A program made the translations under genes and the position numbers. 64,000 nucleotides of DNA from Hyphochytrium catenoides. Lineage: Eukaryota; Protista; Hyphochytriomycota. Shown one piece after another: positions 35,811 through 49,160 of this stretch. A model generated the notes under the pieces. That model worked only from the letters and a program-made list of their open reading frames with translations. It ran no database searches and was not told where the DNA came from. The DNA is taken from contig FLMG01001166.1 of NCBI GenBank assembly GCA_900088475.1, positions 1 to 64,000 on the forward strand, read 5' to 3'. How positions within the stretch are numbered: the stretch's first letter is position 1; the number at the start of each line of letters is the position of its first letter.

Positions 35811-36869
35811 ATTTTCCTCCTCTACTCCTGGTTTGTATCTCATCGCTCTCAAAATAACACTTTCTCCGCTTGTTACAATAGTGGGACGCCGGTTCTCTCA
35901 TTTATACCGCCAGTCCATGTACTCTTTTGCATGCCCTCATTTTTATTAGCTTCTGTTGCCACAGTACGGTCATAAATAAATATATCAATGGACGACATCC
36001 TCAGCTTCAATGGCTCCAGATACTTTACCGCTCCTTCCTCCATGCCGCTTGCTGATTATTGTCTCTACCATGTGACGGCATTGAAGGACAGATAGTGTAG
36101 AAGTTCGATGGTCCGTGACAAGAAAGCGCTTAGGTTTTCAAGTGGGAGAGAGAACATGGCCTTACGTTCGTTCTGGTGATAAGAGTACCACCTCATCATA
36201 ACTGCAGCCAAGTAATGTCTTTATAAAGCCGTCCGATGTTATATCGTCTGGGTCCATTGTCTCTTTCCGTTCTCATGGCCGGCCTCAAGTGCCTTCAATC
36301 ATCATCATTGATCCCTTCATGGAGCAAGGGAAAGCATTGGGGCATTGGTCTCAGTGGAGCATCATAATATCAGAATCTATACAGTACGAAGGGAACTTCA
36401 ACAGCCCAACCCTCCACCTCGAAGTCTACTATTGGGAATATCCTTGGGGGAAATTCGAACTCTACGCAGTTCTCACAGTCTTGCCCGATGAGAATCAGCG
36501 TGAAGCATGCACACAACATAAAGAATCAACATGAAGCATGCACACAACATGAAGAAAGAGACCAAAGCGGAAAACTGTCGAGAGACCCAGTCTCATCATG
36601 ATTGACGGCAGAGGAAGGCAAGGCTGGGCATGACCATCATGTCATGACAAAGGCACTCAGCAGCAAAGGCACTGCGCTAGAGGACTATCATACTTATGGG
36701 CCGCAGGCATAAGAGGAAGGGAAAAAGAGACAAAGATGCAACATGTGAGGGCTTACAGCAGGTGATCGCTAGCCGCGTCATCAATGAAGTCACAGGCGGT
36801 TTCCCTTCGACTGCAGCACATCCCATATCTGTCCCAATGAATGCTCTCGTCTGTCGGAGTTGAGGGACA

Positions 36870-39800
36870 ATGGCGTCTTCATCGAGGTTCTACGGCCTTT
36901 CTCACAGCGGGTGGTGCGGTTCTGACCCGAGGGATGAGAATGTCCCTGCTCAAGTACTGGAGGGTGGCACCGCCTCCTTGATGGATGAGCCTTGGGACAT
37001 TGAAGACTACTGGATGAAGGAAGATGATCTGTCTCCATTGCACAATCGAGAGGTAGGTAGCAACGTCTGGACGCTGGCTTACATTCTTTTCCGCTTATAG
37101 TTATGTTCGCCCAGAACATGCTGCTGCTTCCCTCCGAGCTCTGTCTGAGATCTACCGGAGTCTCTGAGGTTCTTAAGGACATTTTGTTCTGGTCCTTATC
37201 TATCAAGAACTCTTTCCTCTCCTCTTCTATTAACTCTTGGCTGTCTCCTACGATCAAGAAGACATCATTCGACAGTAGGGAGTCATCACAAGCCCAGGCC
37301 ATATTAGGCAATGGAGAGGTGATACAACCAATGTCCTTTAAGTCGAACCCCTCTCTATGTTAGGCGCCGTCATTCCTTATTTATTTAATACTGCTCCCAA
37401 TGCTTTTCGCGTTTCCCCTGGTTTCCTCGTCAAGCTACAATCTTTGGCCTGTTGTGCACGATTCTGCGTCGAACTGTGCCTCTCACTCCGGGATTCAGAC
37501 TCTTACCTAGCCGCTACTGCTTACGTTCGCTAAGATGCCGTTGAACTCAGGTACAGAGTCTCCCCGCGTCGTGTCTACCATCAAGTACGTATCGGAGCTT
37601 GCGCTCCTAAGCCCTTGCCCGAGATCATCCTCTCTCTCAGCTCTGCCGCAATGCGACGCCCTTCTCATTATCTCTTACTCTCCATCTTTCCCGCTTTGTT
37701 TTTCCGCTTCGCTACCCGTCTTCACTCTCTGGACGGGTCTAAGTCGGTACACTTGGTGGTGACATAGTCGTTGTCGCATCACCCCCGCCGCCTTCTTATT
37801 CTAATGGCTGTTATGAGTCAGGAGAATACGCCAGGATAAAGGAATGTCTATATAAAGCCCTAGAGTGCCTTCGAGAAGCTGGCAGTCAACTGCAGAAGGA
37901 CGACGAAAGAGATGATCTCTTATTCCCTTCACACTGGGAGGAAGATCTAGACCGTCTTTTGCAAGATTTAAGAGAGCAACTTTGCCATATAGAGAATGGA
38001 CTTTCGTCCACGCCAAAGAGGAAAGGCCACCTAGGAGAGAAAAGACACGAGGAACCATTGCAGCACGCCGTACAACGATCAGTAGTTAGCGAGCAAAAGA
38101 AAGCTAGGAACCGTGAGGAGACAGGCGCTCCTCTGCTTCCTTTTCCTTGGGACGATGAGGAGGAGAAGCCCCCAGCGCTTGGGCGAATCCAGACCTTAAG
38201 GCGCTTTGAGGTAGAGCATATGTGTCGTCTTCTCGCTCCGTCAGCTAATTTTAGAGTATATTCCCTCGATTGGACACTTCATTCCCTTTTCTTCTTGTCT
38301 GGCTCCTCGGTCCATTCCCGCTGATTGTGATTGCGCAGTTTGCTCTCCTTTCAGAAAAATGCTGTGCATATGTTCCACTCGTCAGTGTATCCGATCGGTT
38401 TGCAACCGCTTCTGAATTTGCTTCCAGGTGGTGGAGGACGAAGTTGACGACTGGAGTTGGGGAGGACTGTGGTATCTTCTAGGCCGCGAGGAGAAGAACT
38501 CGTCACCCGAGCCAATGGCAGAAACTTCTCTCCGCAGACTACCTGGGGACAATATCGCACTAGCCAACATTTGGATATTCCTCTCAGGCCTGGATTTTGC
38601 AAAAGCTGCCTGTGTTTGTCGAGAGTGGTGCACCCTCGTGGTAATGCTTAATTACTCTCGAACGACGGTTCCCACGTCTGCTTATCACGCTGAGGCTGCG
38701 CTTCTTCCCTCTGCTACCGACCTTTCGATTTACAGTCAGCCTTGCCCTACTCTGCGAACATCTCCCTAGCTGTCTGAGCTCCCATTCTCTCCGCTTCCCC
38801 TTGTCTCGCTAACCCAAGTGACTTCCCTTAAGCGGACGTTGTTGTCAGGTAGCACCACTCTGCTGAACTACTGTTCTTCCTTTTAGGTCAGGTCCGAAAT
38901 TGGCAATCAGCTTTGGCGTAAAGCGACTCAGCTGCAATGGGACGAAGAGGGTCGAGGCAATGAAGAGCGGGGACCTATAAACTGGAAGGACCGTTACGCC
39001 CTTTTGCACAGGCAACTGAACCCTTTAGCAACTGTCCATCTTGCTCTCTACACTCTTCACTAATAAATTGCACCCCTCATCCCCTCCTTTGGTCACATGG
39101 CTGCAGGAGGACCATGGCCTGGCGGTCACTCTCAAAGGAGACGTCTCATATTCCCCTGCCTTCCTATATCTTCGGTAGTCAGGTAACTAGATTTCCTTCA
39201 CCATACGCGAAGACTCCTGTAGTTCGACCTATCAGTTCGACCTATCACCTGCTTGTCGTCGTCTGTTGCTCAGCATTGAGACATCACTTATCCACAACCT
39301 TGACCTATCTTGACGCCTCTTTCTCGAATCTTTCATGTGGTTATGCCGCATTGCGTTCTATCATGGTTTGCCCTTTAACTGACGTCTCTCTCGGCCCGGC
39401 CAACCTACCTCGCTAATCGAAGTTGACGTCACTCGCTGTGCGGCGCTCTCGATTGTACCTGGGAAGTGGAAACGGCGAGGTACGCTCCTTTGAATTTGGG
39501 TCCTCTGCGGCCAGCCTCTCTCAGGGCCGAGAGCTCTCACTTCATACTAGAAGTGTTCAGGTGAGCCAATAACAGGTCTACGTTGACACCCCTCAGCGTA
39601 GGTGTTTCCTTTTTTTGAATCACCTTATCTTATGACTCTTGAGTTCGACTTTGCTTCTCTGCTCCACTCCTGACCCGAATCTCATCGCTAGATCACGCTA
39701 TTTCCTGTCTCCTTTCACGAAGGTGCATGTGACACTTATCTTTACGCCCTCTGTCTTTGTGGTTAGAGCATTAGCGCACACATTGGCTGCAGGTTTGTAG

Positions 39801-41559
39801 CTACCGGGTCTGCAGATGGTCTAATAGGACTATGGGACACCCAAGATAATGGTATAGCTATAAACCACTCTCAGCTACAGATCTCCTTTGTTTACTTTTA
39901 AGGTGACGCTATAGGTGACGTAATTTTTAACTCTGCCATGCCGTCAAGCTCTTGAGCTCCTTAATGTCCTCCTGTTTATCTATCCTGCCCTTCCGCTCTG
40001 CCACTATCGGCTCACCTATCGTCGCCCTATACTGGTATCCTTCAGCTGTTGCCAATGTTGCTAACTTGGTTTTGGGTCGTAGATGCATTGTTTGCCGTTC
40101 TTAGGGGTCATCAGAGCTGTGTGCGAAGGTAAGCGAAAGGGGTAGTTGGCTGCGCTGAGGTTTGTGCCGTTCTCCTTGACAAGACAGTGCTGCGGGCCCT
40201 ACTTTGCTTCTCAAACACTGCTTGGCCGGGAACCCTTCTCCTTAACTTTTCTGCTCCTACATTGAGATGCTTTTGTGCTGCTGTGATCGCTGGTATTACT
40301 CGCAGTGTCTATCAATATCCTGAGCAGCACTTGAATGACTACTCCCTGGGACTCGTCTCTGGGGGCTTGGATGGGACAATCCGAGCTTGGGACCTCAGGA
40401 CTCAGCAGGTGGCAACCTCTTGTCGCTCTTCACCATCTCTCTTTGTGAGTCCATCGCTAGGCAAAGCTCTCATTATTTTGCTCTCGCCTCGCCCTCCATC
40501 TCGCTCCTCTTTGTAGAATATATGCATACCGAGTGCAGGCAGAAGGATGGTAATATCAGTGACTGCCCACCGCTCACGGCCCGTCGTAGCTGCCGCTTAC
40601 GAGGTACGTCAATTTTAGCGTTTGAGAATGGCTGGGAGCACCAGGAAAGCAGAGCTTTCAAAGGTTCCGACCACATCAGAATGCTGGAAAGGTAGCTAGG
40701 GAGCAATGCAAAGGGACGTGCATCAGGGCAGAGATGAATTATAAAATGTGGGAAGAAGAGTCAGCTAAAAAGAGGAGGTGCTGAGAACTCAATCTGTGCC
40801 GCTTCAGGACGGCTCTATCTGTTGGTTTGACGTTCGGAGACACTGCTCTCCTCTTGTAACTTTGAAAGACCATCGGTCTCCGGTTCTTTCCATGGCCTGG
40901 GTCAACGACAACACTGTAAGGAGCTATATGCTATCTCTTTATCAGCCTAGTTCTTGTCTCTCCAAAATAGCTGCGTGTTTCCCTCTCTTGGTCTTGACTA
41001 ACTCATGGCATGAAGTCGTCTTTGCTGGCTCGGCAGCGTCATCTGTTTAGTTGGCTAGGATGCTCTCCTCGTTATCCCTTCTTCGAATCCAGTTACTCCT
41101 CTTTCTGGCTCTTACGCCGCGCTTGGAGCTCACGGTCTTCTTTGGTTCTCTTTTCTGAAGTTTGTCTCAGGAGGCAGTGACTCCCTTGTCAAAATTTGGA
41201 CATCTGTTCTAAGTCCAAGTAAGAAGGAAGTGAGAGACCTCACTCATTCCCATCTGGTTGATAGCCCTAAGGCAACAACCACAGAAGCGGGAGGGCGCAA
41301 TAGGCGGACATATCCTGTCCTGCAGCTTTCGCCAGTTCAATCCGTCCCTTCTATTATCCATTCCTTACACGCGTGCGGATGCATCCAGGCCATAGACGTT
41401 CTGTCGTGTCAGCCTTTGTATACTCTGGCGTCTCCACCTAGTACTCCGTTCTCCATCTCGCCCAGCCCTCAATCCTCACCTCTTCGTCTGTTTTCCTCGT
41501 CTGCCGAAGCGATAGTCGCTGCCTCAGCCAAGGAGGTGCAGATATGGCATTACTGTTAA
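36870..41559 (+). CDS. F-box/WD40-repeat protein, about 13 exons (5' exons tentative)
   Basis: F-box LPGDNIALANIWIFLSGLDFAKAACVCREW. WD repeats VATGSADGLIGLWD, LRGHQSCVR, VSGGLDGTIRAWD, LKDHRSPVLSMAW, FVSGGSDSLVKIW. Ends at TAA 41559. The model needs one GC-AG intron (39012-39106). Confidence 0.8.
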
Positions 41560-42682
41560 TGAGCCGTAAGTATTGCTGACAGCCTCTAGTAACATATTTC
41601 TCCTTGGATGACAAAGACATCAAGCATGGGGCACTCTTTCTCTCCTATAGATAATGTTTTTTCTCTTGTTACCCTTGCTTCAAGGTCTTCTGGCTCGTTC
41701 TTTACCATTCTTCCAGTTATCTCTCTAGTCTTTTATTGTGGATCGGTTCCCTCACTGGCCCTGAGTAATAGCTGCAGGCTAACGTAGCACTCTCCACTGA
41801 CTGTCTCACGGATCCATGTCAGTGTATGTCCCTGACAACGACGCAAGAGACAATGGTTTCTACCGAGAGCAAAGACGAAGCTTCCGTGCACATGAGAGGG
41901 CCTTCAACTTCAAAGGGCATAAGATGGAGAGGGACCGACGCGATAAGATGGACATCAAACTTTCCCCCACAGCAGTTGTCAGTCAGACACACCCTAGCAG
42001 TTATCCCAGCCGATGCGCCACACTAAGTGTGGCTGATTGGGGCCTGTAAAAGAAATTGTTGACAGTGATCATAGACTCTTGACATTGTGGTATCCGTGTG
42101 CATATACTAGGGATTGTGGCTCCCTAACCATCAGCTCAGCGGACCCTACCTTCCGACCACGAAGGTGAGCAATGCAGAATCCACCTATAACTTATTGCCT
42201 ACCTCTGCCACGTCTCCCACATCTCTAAGCATCTAATGTAAGGTAAGGCAACGGAGACGGCGGCGGGACCAGGGACCAGGACCGGGAAGCAGCTCTCTTC
42301 TCCAGGTGTCTCACATCTGCACCGACGCGACGGCACTCACTGCTACAGCGCTCAGCTTCCAGATTCAGACACAAGCCGTCATCATGTCGTCAGAAAAGAG
42401 CCAGTAACCACCACAGAATCAGTAACAGTTTGTTTCAAATTAGCTTCGGCTCATAGTTTTCGTTCACGCTAGTTTCGGGGGCCATGCTTGGTGGGATGAC
42501 TAGTGATGAAGATCAGAACCCAAGATCCACTCGCGCCTGTTCTGCTGCAGCTTTTCCTTGGCCTTCTCTGATCTGAGAGTGCTCGTGCTGGGTTGAGGAT
42601 CAGTCTCCCTTCTGTCTTGTGCCCCTGTCTTGTGGGCTAACGCGCTAGGGCCTTGCTTTGCTGGCCCAGAAAAGCATGAGAG

Positions 42683-45523
42683 ATGGAGAACAAGGAGCGG
42701 ATAAAGGAGAGGTTGGGCGCCATGGAAGAGTTCGTTCGTTGGGCCCAGCAGGAACTAAGCCTGGATGGGCCTCCAGAGCCAGAAGCTGAAAAGGGGGAAG
42801 CTGAAGGTAAGATAGGGCGTGAGAGCAATGAGACTGGCACTCATCAAGTGCAGTCCAAGCGAATGAGAATGTCCACCCAAGAGCCATCACAAGTGATGCC
42901 GGACAGAAGGCAAGCGAGAAACACGGGAGAAGAAGCTAGCCAGTGTATACCACTACCTCTCCGTTTATCTCACAGCCTCCATCTCTGTGTCATGAATCAT
43001 GGACACCCTCTTCCCCACCACGACTGGGAGAGCGCGGAGAGTGACCAGCTCTCCCTCGTAGCAGGCAGAAAACTTTCCTCAGCCACAGTGCTTGCCAAAA
43101 TCAGGGGCGATTGCCTTCTGACGTGGAGATCGTCAGAAACTTTCTATAGATTCTTGCAGTCCGGATCATGGCGGAAACGGACACTGTATGGACTTACCTC
43201 TCTTTCTCATTTTGCACTTCTTGCCTATTGAACTATACAGTTGGCTGTCTACCGGTCTTATACCTCCAAGCGCTCTGCTCTAGCTCACTTCTTTCCTAGG
43301 CTACAAAGGTCTCGTTCTTTTCTTCCGACTAAGGCAACTTCGGTCATCTGCTACTACTTGTCTCTCTTCTTTCTCTTACTCGTCCACATATTAAACAGTC
43401 AAGGAAAAGGATTGGGAAATGAAGGATCGAAGGCAGCAGACTGGCCAGCCGAATGCCTTGCCGCTGGAGCCGTGTTTTCTGAGATCAAACGAGGCAAAGA
43501 GTCAAAGTGGGCCGCTTACCTTGCATCGCTTCCTTCCGCTGCAAGCCTCAGGACAGGTTTGCTGCTTTTCCACTGCAACTTTCTCCTATCTATGAAGTCC
43601 TAAAAGATACTCTCGACCTGACTTTTTTGCTTGAGAGACCAGATGTCTCAGTCACTCTAAGAAGCTTCGTCGCAGGAGGTTAAATTAAGTGTGTTCATCT
43701 GGTTGCTCTCTGTTAACTCCATCTCACTCGGTCCCGCTATTTCTATCTCGTTCCCACCCTTTTTAGGCCTAAGGCTTTGGCTATTCCTCTCACTGCACAC
43801 CGTTCGTCCCCTGTAGTGCCTGTTCTTTGGTGTCCAACGGAGGTTCGAAAGCTGGCATGGACCTCTGTCTACATTAGGCTCAGACTCCTTAGAGTAGAAG
43901 AGTTCTTAGATAAAATCATAGTTCCTCTGGCTCATTATTCGCTTTCAAAAAACGCGGAGCAGATTGACAATAAGCAGATTAGAGAAGACTTTCTACGAGC
44001 AGTAGCACTGGTCCTCTCCCGAGGGTATGATCGCGGATGTTCTCTCATTCCTTGTTAACCTCCGCTTCACCTACGATCCCAATATTGCATAGTCTGTCTA
44101 ACACTTCTATGACGTCGTCTACAACACCGACTGCGTCCCAGGTTTGAGTTAGAGGACGAAGAGATTGCAATGGTCCCAATAGCCGACCTTTTGGATCATT
44201 CCGATCAACAAGCGAACGTCCAGATCTCCTTTGATAGCCCAGAGGCGGAGGAGAAGTCAGCCGTTGAGGGGCCCGATGAAGAGTCATCAGTATGTAGAAA
44301 AGATTTTCCCCTAAGTCTCATTCCCTTCATTATGTCACTCAGGTGCAAGACTCTTTCCCTCTGCCTCTTGCCACTCCTTTTTGCAGGATCTCTATCTATC
44401 TACATGCCAAGATGTAAGCCAAGGAGACCCACTTAGGAGCACCTACGGTTTACTAGGGAACTCCTGTCTCCTATTCAAATACGGCTTTATGAGACAAAAG
44501 GCGAGCCTCTACTCTACAGTCATCATACCCTCCTTTCTTCTGCTGATAGCCCTCGCGATCCAACGTCCGAAAGAGGACGATATTGGCGAAGCCGAGAAGA
44601 GTGAAGAGATGGCCAGACGGTTGGAGTTCCTCCGTGACCATGGGGTCTTTCGTTGTCAGGAAGCTGTGTGGCGGAAGACCAAAGAGTTTACCATAAGAAA
44701 GATGTCAAACCAGATCAAGAGCCACTTTATGGAGATCGTACCCTCTCTGTTCGACTGCTATGAAAGCTGGGAGGATCTCTTTGACGAGAGTTTTACCCTA
44801 TCGTTTGAGCCTTCCAAACAGACTCAGCCCAGCACGCTCAATGCTAATTTGCCTGGATCAGTGAGTGCAAGTGAAGCTCTACGAGAAACGTTAGCAGTTT
44901 TGTCGATGACTGCAAGCCAGCTAGCCGCCTACGAGTCAGAAAGCGGTTGCGGAACCTCTTTCGAAGATGCATTCCCCAAAAGGAACGCCGGTATGTCTGA
45001 TCCTAGTGAGGCCCACTCCTTGCCTGTGGAGGATCACTTAATCAGGTTCAATCGAGGTATTAATACCCTCATGCGCCAGGTGAGACGTTCACTCCAGCCT
45101 AAAGCTGTTTTATGCTTGCGTCTGATAGCAAGCTTGCGTTCTTGTATGTGTCATACGCTGCACATTTGGTTCCTAACACCTTGTATCTGCTACGACTTGT
45201 AAGACGTCATGTAGTGATCGGACCGCTTTCACTGCGTGCCCTCTTTAGGATGTTTCCTAGCCTGTCAAGCTCAAGTATCTTCTGCACCCGTCTGTGTACC
45301 CTTCTGCTTGTTTCTGTAGGTCATTGGACTTCGCCTTCAGATGCTTGAGCACGAAGACCAACTGGCCCCGTGCGGTCCAGAATGCAAGTGTCATAGGGAA
45401 AAGGCCGTGATACACATGGCGCAAAGGATGTGGAGCGAAGAGAGGCAGATGCTCCAACACTATCAGGCAGAGGACATTATTGACCAACCTCTCATGACGG
45501 TGAACGATGGAAGTGTAGCGTGA
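42683..45523 (+). CDS. SET-domain protein-lysine methyltransferase (SETD6/Rubisco-LSMT-like), 6 exons
   Basis: Motifs SKWAAYLASLP, VPVLW, AVALVLSRGF, MVPIADLLDHS, STYGLLGNSCLLFKYGF; in-phase splice junctions; TGA at 45523. Confidence 0.85.
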
Positions 45524-46268
45524 ATGCTCAACGCCGCAACCCCATCTCGCTCCAACGTTTTAGCATCCATCTCTCTACGCTTCCCCTCGGACGGATCAGA
45601 GCCTCCTTTTGCCTCTTCTTCCTATCGTCTCCTCTCTCACCGAAACTGGCTATAGACTCCATTTCTGGCTTTGTTCTTACAGACTCCATTACTTATAAAG
45701 GCAGCTCTCTGTATTATCAAGCCAAAGGGGTTGCCTTATGCTGCTTGGGCCCTTTAACTCATCCGTTTGCCCAGGCTAGACCTACAACCACCTTTGTAGA
45801 GGTACTTTGTGATGCTATGAAGTAATAGCGTGAGAGGGAGGTGCCAAAGTCTGTCTCTCCCTAGCCTCCCAGCCACCCCAATAAGCGATAGTAACTATCC
45901 TAGCAAGACACCAAATTGCCATTGAGCTCCTTTAGGCCATACATTTTATACTGTAGAAGTTCCACCTATGGTGGATCATGGTCTTCCTACACATCACTTG
46001 TCATCAGACAGGAAAGTGTCCCTTTGATTGGCTCAGTCGATTCCAAGTATGAGCCCAGCCTCTATTGGCTTACTGTACATTCGTCGAGAGAATGGTAGGC
46101 GCGTGAAGGAAAACTGAGAGAGTGATGACTGAGAGAATGGTGGTGAACACTGTGATGCAGATGACACAAGAAAAGTCGAGTTTGTTGCAGAAATGTTTGA
46201 AGATATTTTTTAAATTGTGATTGTTTGATTGGTTGTGTGTTTGATCTCATTTATGAGTTCATAGAGTC

Positions 46269-46638
46269 AAAGGGTTGTGCCACTATTTTGCCCAACCTTG
46301 AAGCAAGAGCAATTGGCGTCTGTTCCCACGCCACCCATCAACAACCCGTATTGAGTTCTGCTAGCCCTATAGTTCAGGGGCAGCATACTTCAAGGGCACC
46401 TTCTCACTCCCAGCCGTCAAGGAGTTATGTCTAATAAAATGGTGAAAGCTGTTTTCTCCTCTTTCAAAAGAGCTGCTACTATTATGTCGCCCATGAAGGG
46501 CATTAGCACAGGATAGTGTGCTTTTCAACTCTTGATAGCTGGAATGGTCAGGCACACTGGATTCCCATACACGTAGAGCATTATGTTAGTGGTGGGCATA
46601 ATTGTAGCAGGGCAAAATAGTGGCACAAGCAACCCTTT
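46269..46638. mobile_element. MITE-like non-autonomous element with terminal inverted repeats
   Basis: AAAGGGTTGTGCCACTATTTTGCCC (46269-46293) is the reverse complement of GGGCAAAATAGTGGCACAAGCAACCCTTT (46610-46638) apart from a 4-nt insertion. There is a second, imperfect internal inverted pair at 46408-46426 / 46527-46544. No clear TSD. Confidence 0.65.
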
Positions 46639-47701
46639 AGCCTGATGGTTCGCCGTTCTCCACAATTCTCCCCTGTTCTTCGACATTTTCTCCCCCTTTC
46701 ATCCTTGTTCTTTGTCCATTCTGCCCCAGCGAATGAAACTCCTCATCATCGGAGGAGAGGGTGGTTGTACCAAGTGGGGTACTTGTCCTTTGAGACCAGC
46801 AATAACGCTGTCACTTTATCAGAGGCAGGACATTCTAAGGTAGTAGAACTACTGTAAGTAGATCATTCAGAGCATGCTTTCGTTGCTAGTTTGTTCTTTG
46901 AATAATGCCCCTCACATCTCGCTATTGCGAAGCAGGGCCGAACAGTGATGGTTCCGCAACATGCCCGGCTACGCGTCCAAGTTCATCTTTCGGTACATTT
47001 CGATGGAAAGATTTCGCATCAAACCACAAAAGCCCAATTAGTAGCTGCCATTTGAACCACCGGGCTGAAAGATTTCCAATGGTAGCTTCCTTCATGGTTT
47101 CAGAGGTTGACGTGTGTACAACCCACTTGCACTGTCTGACCCTGTAGTTTTATGAAGGCTGCGGGGAGAGGAGATCATCTGCTGCTGGTACGCGTAGTAC
47201 TAGGTCAGGAGGACAGCGTCAAGCAGCATGTCGGCGTTCTAAATGTTACGGAGTACTACTTTTGGAAGTACCCTGAGGTCTGGGTGTCGCATTGCTAGAT
47301 AATAAGATCCTGCTGGTGTTAAGATTCCGGAGTCCATCAGAGTAAGGGAAGGCTGCAGGCTCTCTGAAACCGCAACCTTGGCATACTTGTCTGGATGTTT
47401 GCAAGCAAATGTGAAGTAGTCGTATTTTAATAGAACTACAGGTGTCCTTTAACCTTTCTAAAGCCCATGCTTTCCATCATATCATCATAACACACCGAGA
47501 GCAGTAATTGCAGAAATCAAACATCATTGATCACAATATTCGACCTTGTTCTCCAGCGTTCACGGGAAAGCGAGGAAGCATTTCGAACTTTATCGACCTT
47601 GGGTCAAAGTCAGAAGCAGCTCATGGATCTTCATCAGCAGCAGTATCTCCTCACTGTCATATTTACAGAACAACAAGCAAGACCAGGAGCTAAGGGTCAA
47701 T

Positions 47702-48763
47702 ATGTCCGTTTCTACAACTGCCATCCCGGCGACTCACTGGGAGTATCGCCGCACGGGCGTCAATAATGGTGTGGAAGGTGGTCTTGTACTTCGAAAGGAT
47801 GCCCCTGTGCCTAAGCCCAGATACGGACAAGTACTCGTGCGCATTCACGCGGTCAGCCTCAACTACCGGGACGTGGCTAACTTGAAGGGGGGATATCCTG
47901 CAGATAGCTCGCCAACCGGCATCCCTGTCAGCGATGGTGCCGGTGAGGTCGTAGCCCTCGGCGAATGCGTCACGGAATGGAAGTTGGGGTCGCGCGTCGC
48001 ACTTATTTGCCAACCCCATCAGGGCGGCACTTGGCGCTGGTTCCGGCAAGGAAGGTCCGTCGGCTTCACGACTGATGGCGTCCTGGCGCAATACGTCGTG
48101 GTAGATCAAATGGGTCTCGTTGATATTGGCGCTCTCTCGTATGAGGAGGCGGCAACCTTACCGTGTGCGGGTGCTACGGCATGGGAGGCGCTGTACGGTG
48201 GAGGTTCGCCGCTGAAGGCTGGTCGCGTGGTGCTAGTGCAGGGTACAGGAGGCGTGTCGATAATTGCAGCGCAATTGGCACTTGCAGCGGGGGCGCGGGT
48301 CATTGGTACGTCGTCTTCCAACGAGAAGCTGGCGCGTTTGGAGAAAATGGGCGTGGCGAAGCAGGACCTTATCAACTACAAGGAAACTCCTGAGTGGAGC
48401 AAGCGCGCATTGGAGCTGACGGGTGGTCGCGGCGTTGACTACGTCATCGAGGTGGGCGGAGCGAGCACTATTGGTCAAAGCATCGCCTCCATCCGCGTCG
48501 GCGGTGAGATTTGCTTGATTGGCTTCTTGGGTGGTCTCGAGGGTGCAGGTTTCAACCCGTTACATGTGCTCTCGCGCTCTGCTACCATGCGCGGCGTCAT
48601 AATTGGCAGTCGCGAGATGTTCCGTGAAATGTTGGAGTCAATCCACCATAACAAGATTCGACCCGTGGTCGACAAGGTGTTCCCCTTTGACAAGGCTATA
48701 GAGGCGTTCAAGTACCTCGAATCGGGCGCTCACTTTGGTAAAGTCGTCATCAAAGTGGCGTAG
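47702..48763 (+). CDS. NAD(P)-dependent medium-chain dehydrogenase/reductase (zinc-type ADH-like, MDR7-type), intronless
   Basis: 353 aa from ATG 47702. Motifs VLVRIHAVSLNYRD, PVSDGAGEVVALG, EAATLPCAGATAW, VLVQGTGGVS, GVDYVIEVGG, IRPVVDKVFPF, HFGKVVIKV. Confidence 0.93.
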   Translation: MSVSTTAIPATHWEYRRTGVNNGVEGGLVLRKDAPVPKPRYGQVLVRIHAVSLNYRDVANLKGGYPADSSPTGIPVSDGAGEVVALGECVTEWKLGSRVALICQPHQGGTWRWFRQGRSVGFTTDGVLAQYVVVDQMGLVDIGALSYEEAATLPCAGATAWEALYGGGSPLKAGRVVLVQGTGGVSIIAAQLALAAGARVIGTSSSNEKLARLEKMGVAKQDLINYKETPEWSKRALELTGGRGVDYVIEVGGASTIGQSIASIRVGGEICLIGFLGGLEGAGFNPLHVLSRSATMRGVIIGSREMFREMLESIHHNKIRPVVDKVFPFDKAIEAFKYLESGAHFGKVVIKVA

Positions 48764-49117
48764 AACTAAGTACGTTCTGAGACAGTAATCCTAGCCCCCC
48801 CTTCTCTTGGTGCATAATCCCAATTTTAAACAAAAACGTTTGACTCTCTTCGCATCGTCCAAATGCTTCTTATAGTTTTACTCTGCAAGTTTCTGCATCG
48901 TTCCAAAATGAAGTTCGTGTGGAACGAGTTCCTTTATGAGAGCTCTCAATAATAAGAGCTGAGAGCTATTTATAATAAGGGCTGATCTCTCTCTCTCTCT
49001 TCATTTTTCATCCTCATGCGAATCCAACACTTGCGCTCTTCTTATCCTATTATCTCTTTCTTCCTAATAATCTCTCAGTTTTCCTCCACGCGCCTACCAT
49101 TCCCTCGACGCTATCCT

Positions 49118-49160
49118 AGCCAATCAGATGCTCCCTACCTGGGCCGGCGGGCCAATCAGA
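49118..49160 (+). promoter_or_regulatory. Tandem CCAAT (NF-Y-type) boxes
   Basis: AGCCAATCAGA and GGCCAATCAGA, with CCAAT at 49120 and 49152, about 500 bp upstream of the AidB-like ATG. Confidence 0.4.

Noticed and set aside
47546-47701. N-terminal extension of the MDR ORF given by the ORF track
   Set aside because: Non-ATG start; family similarity begins at ATG 47702.
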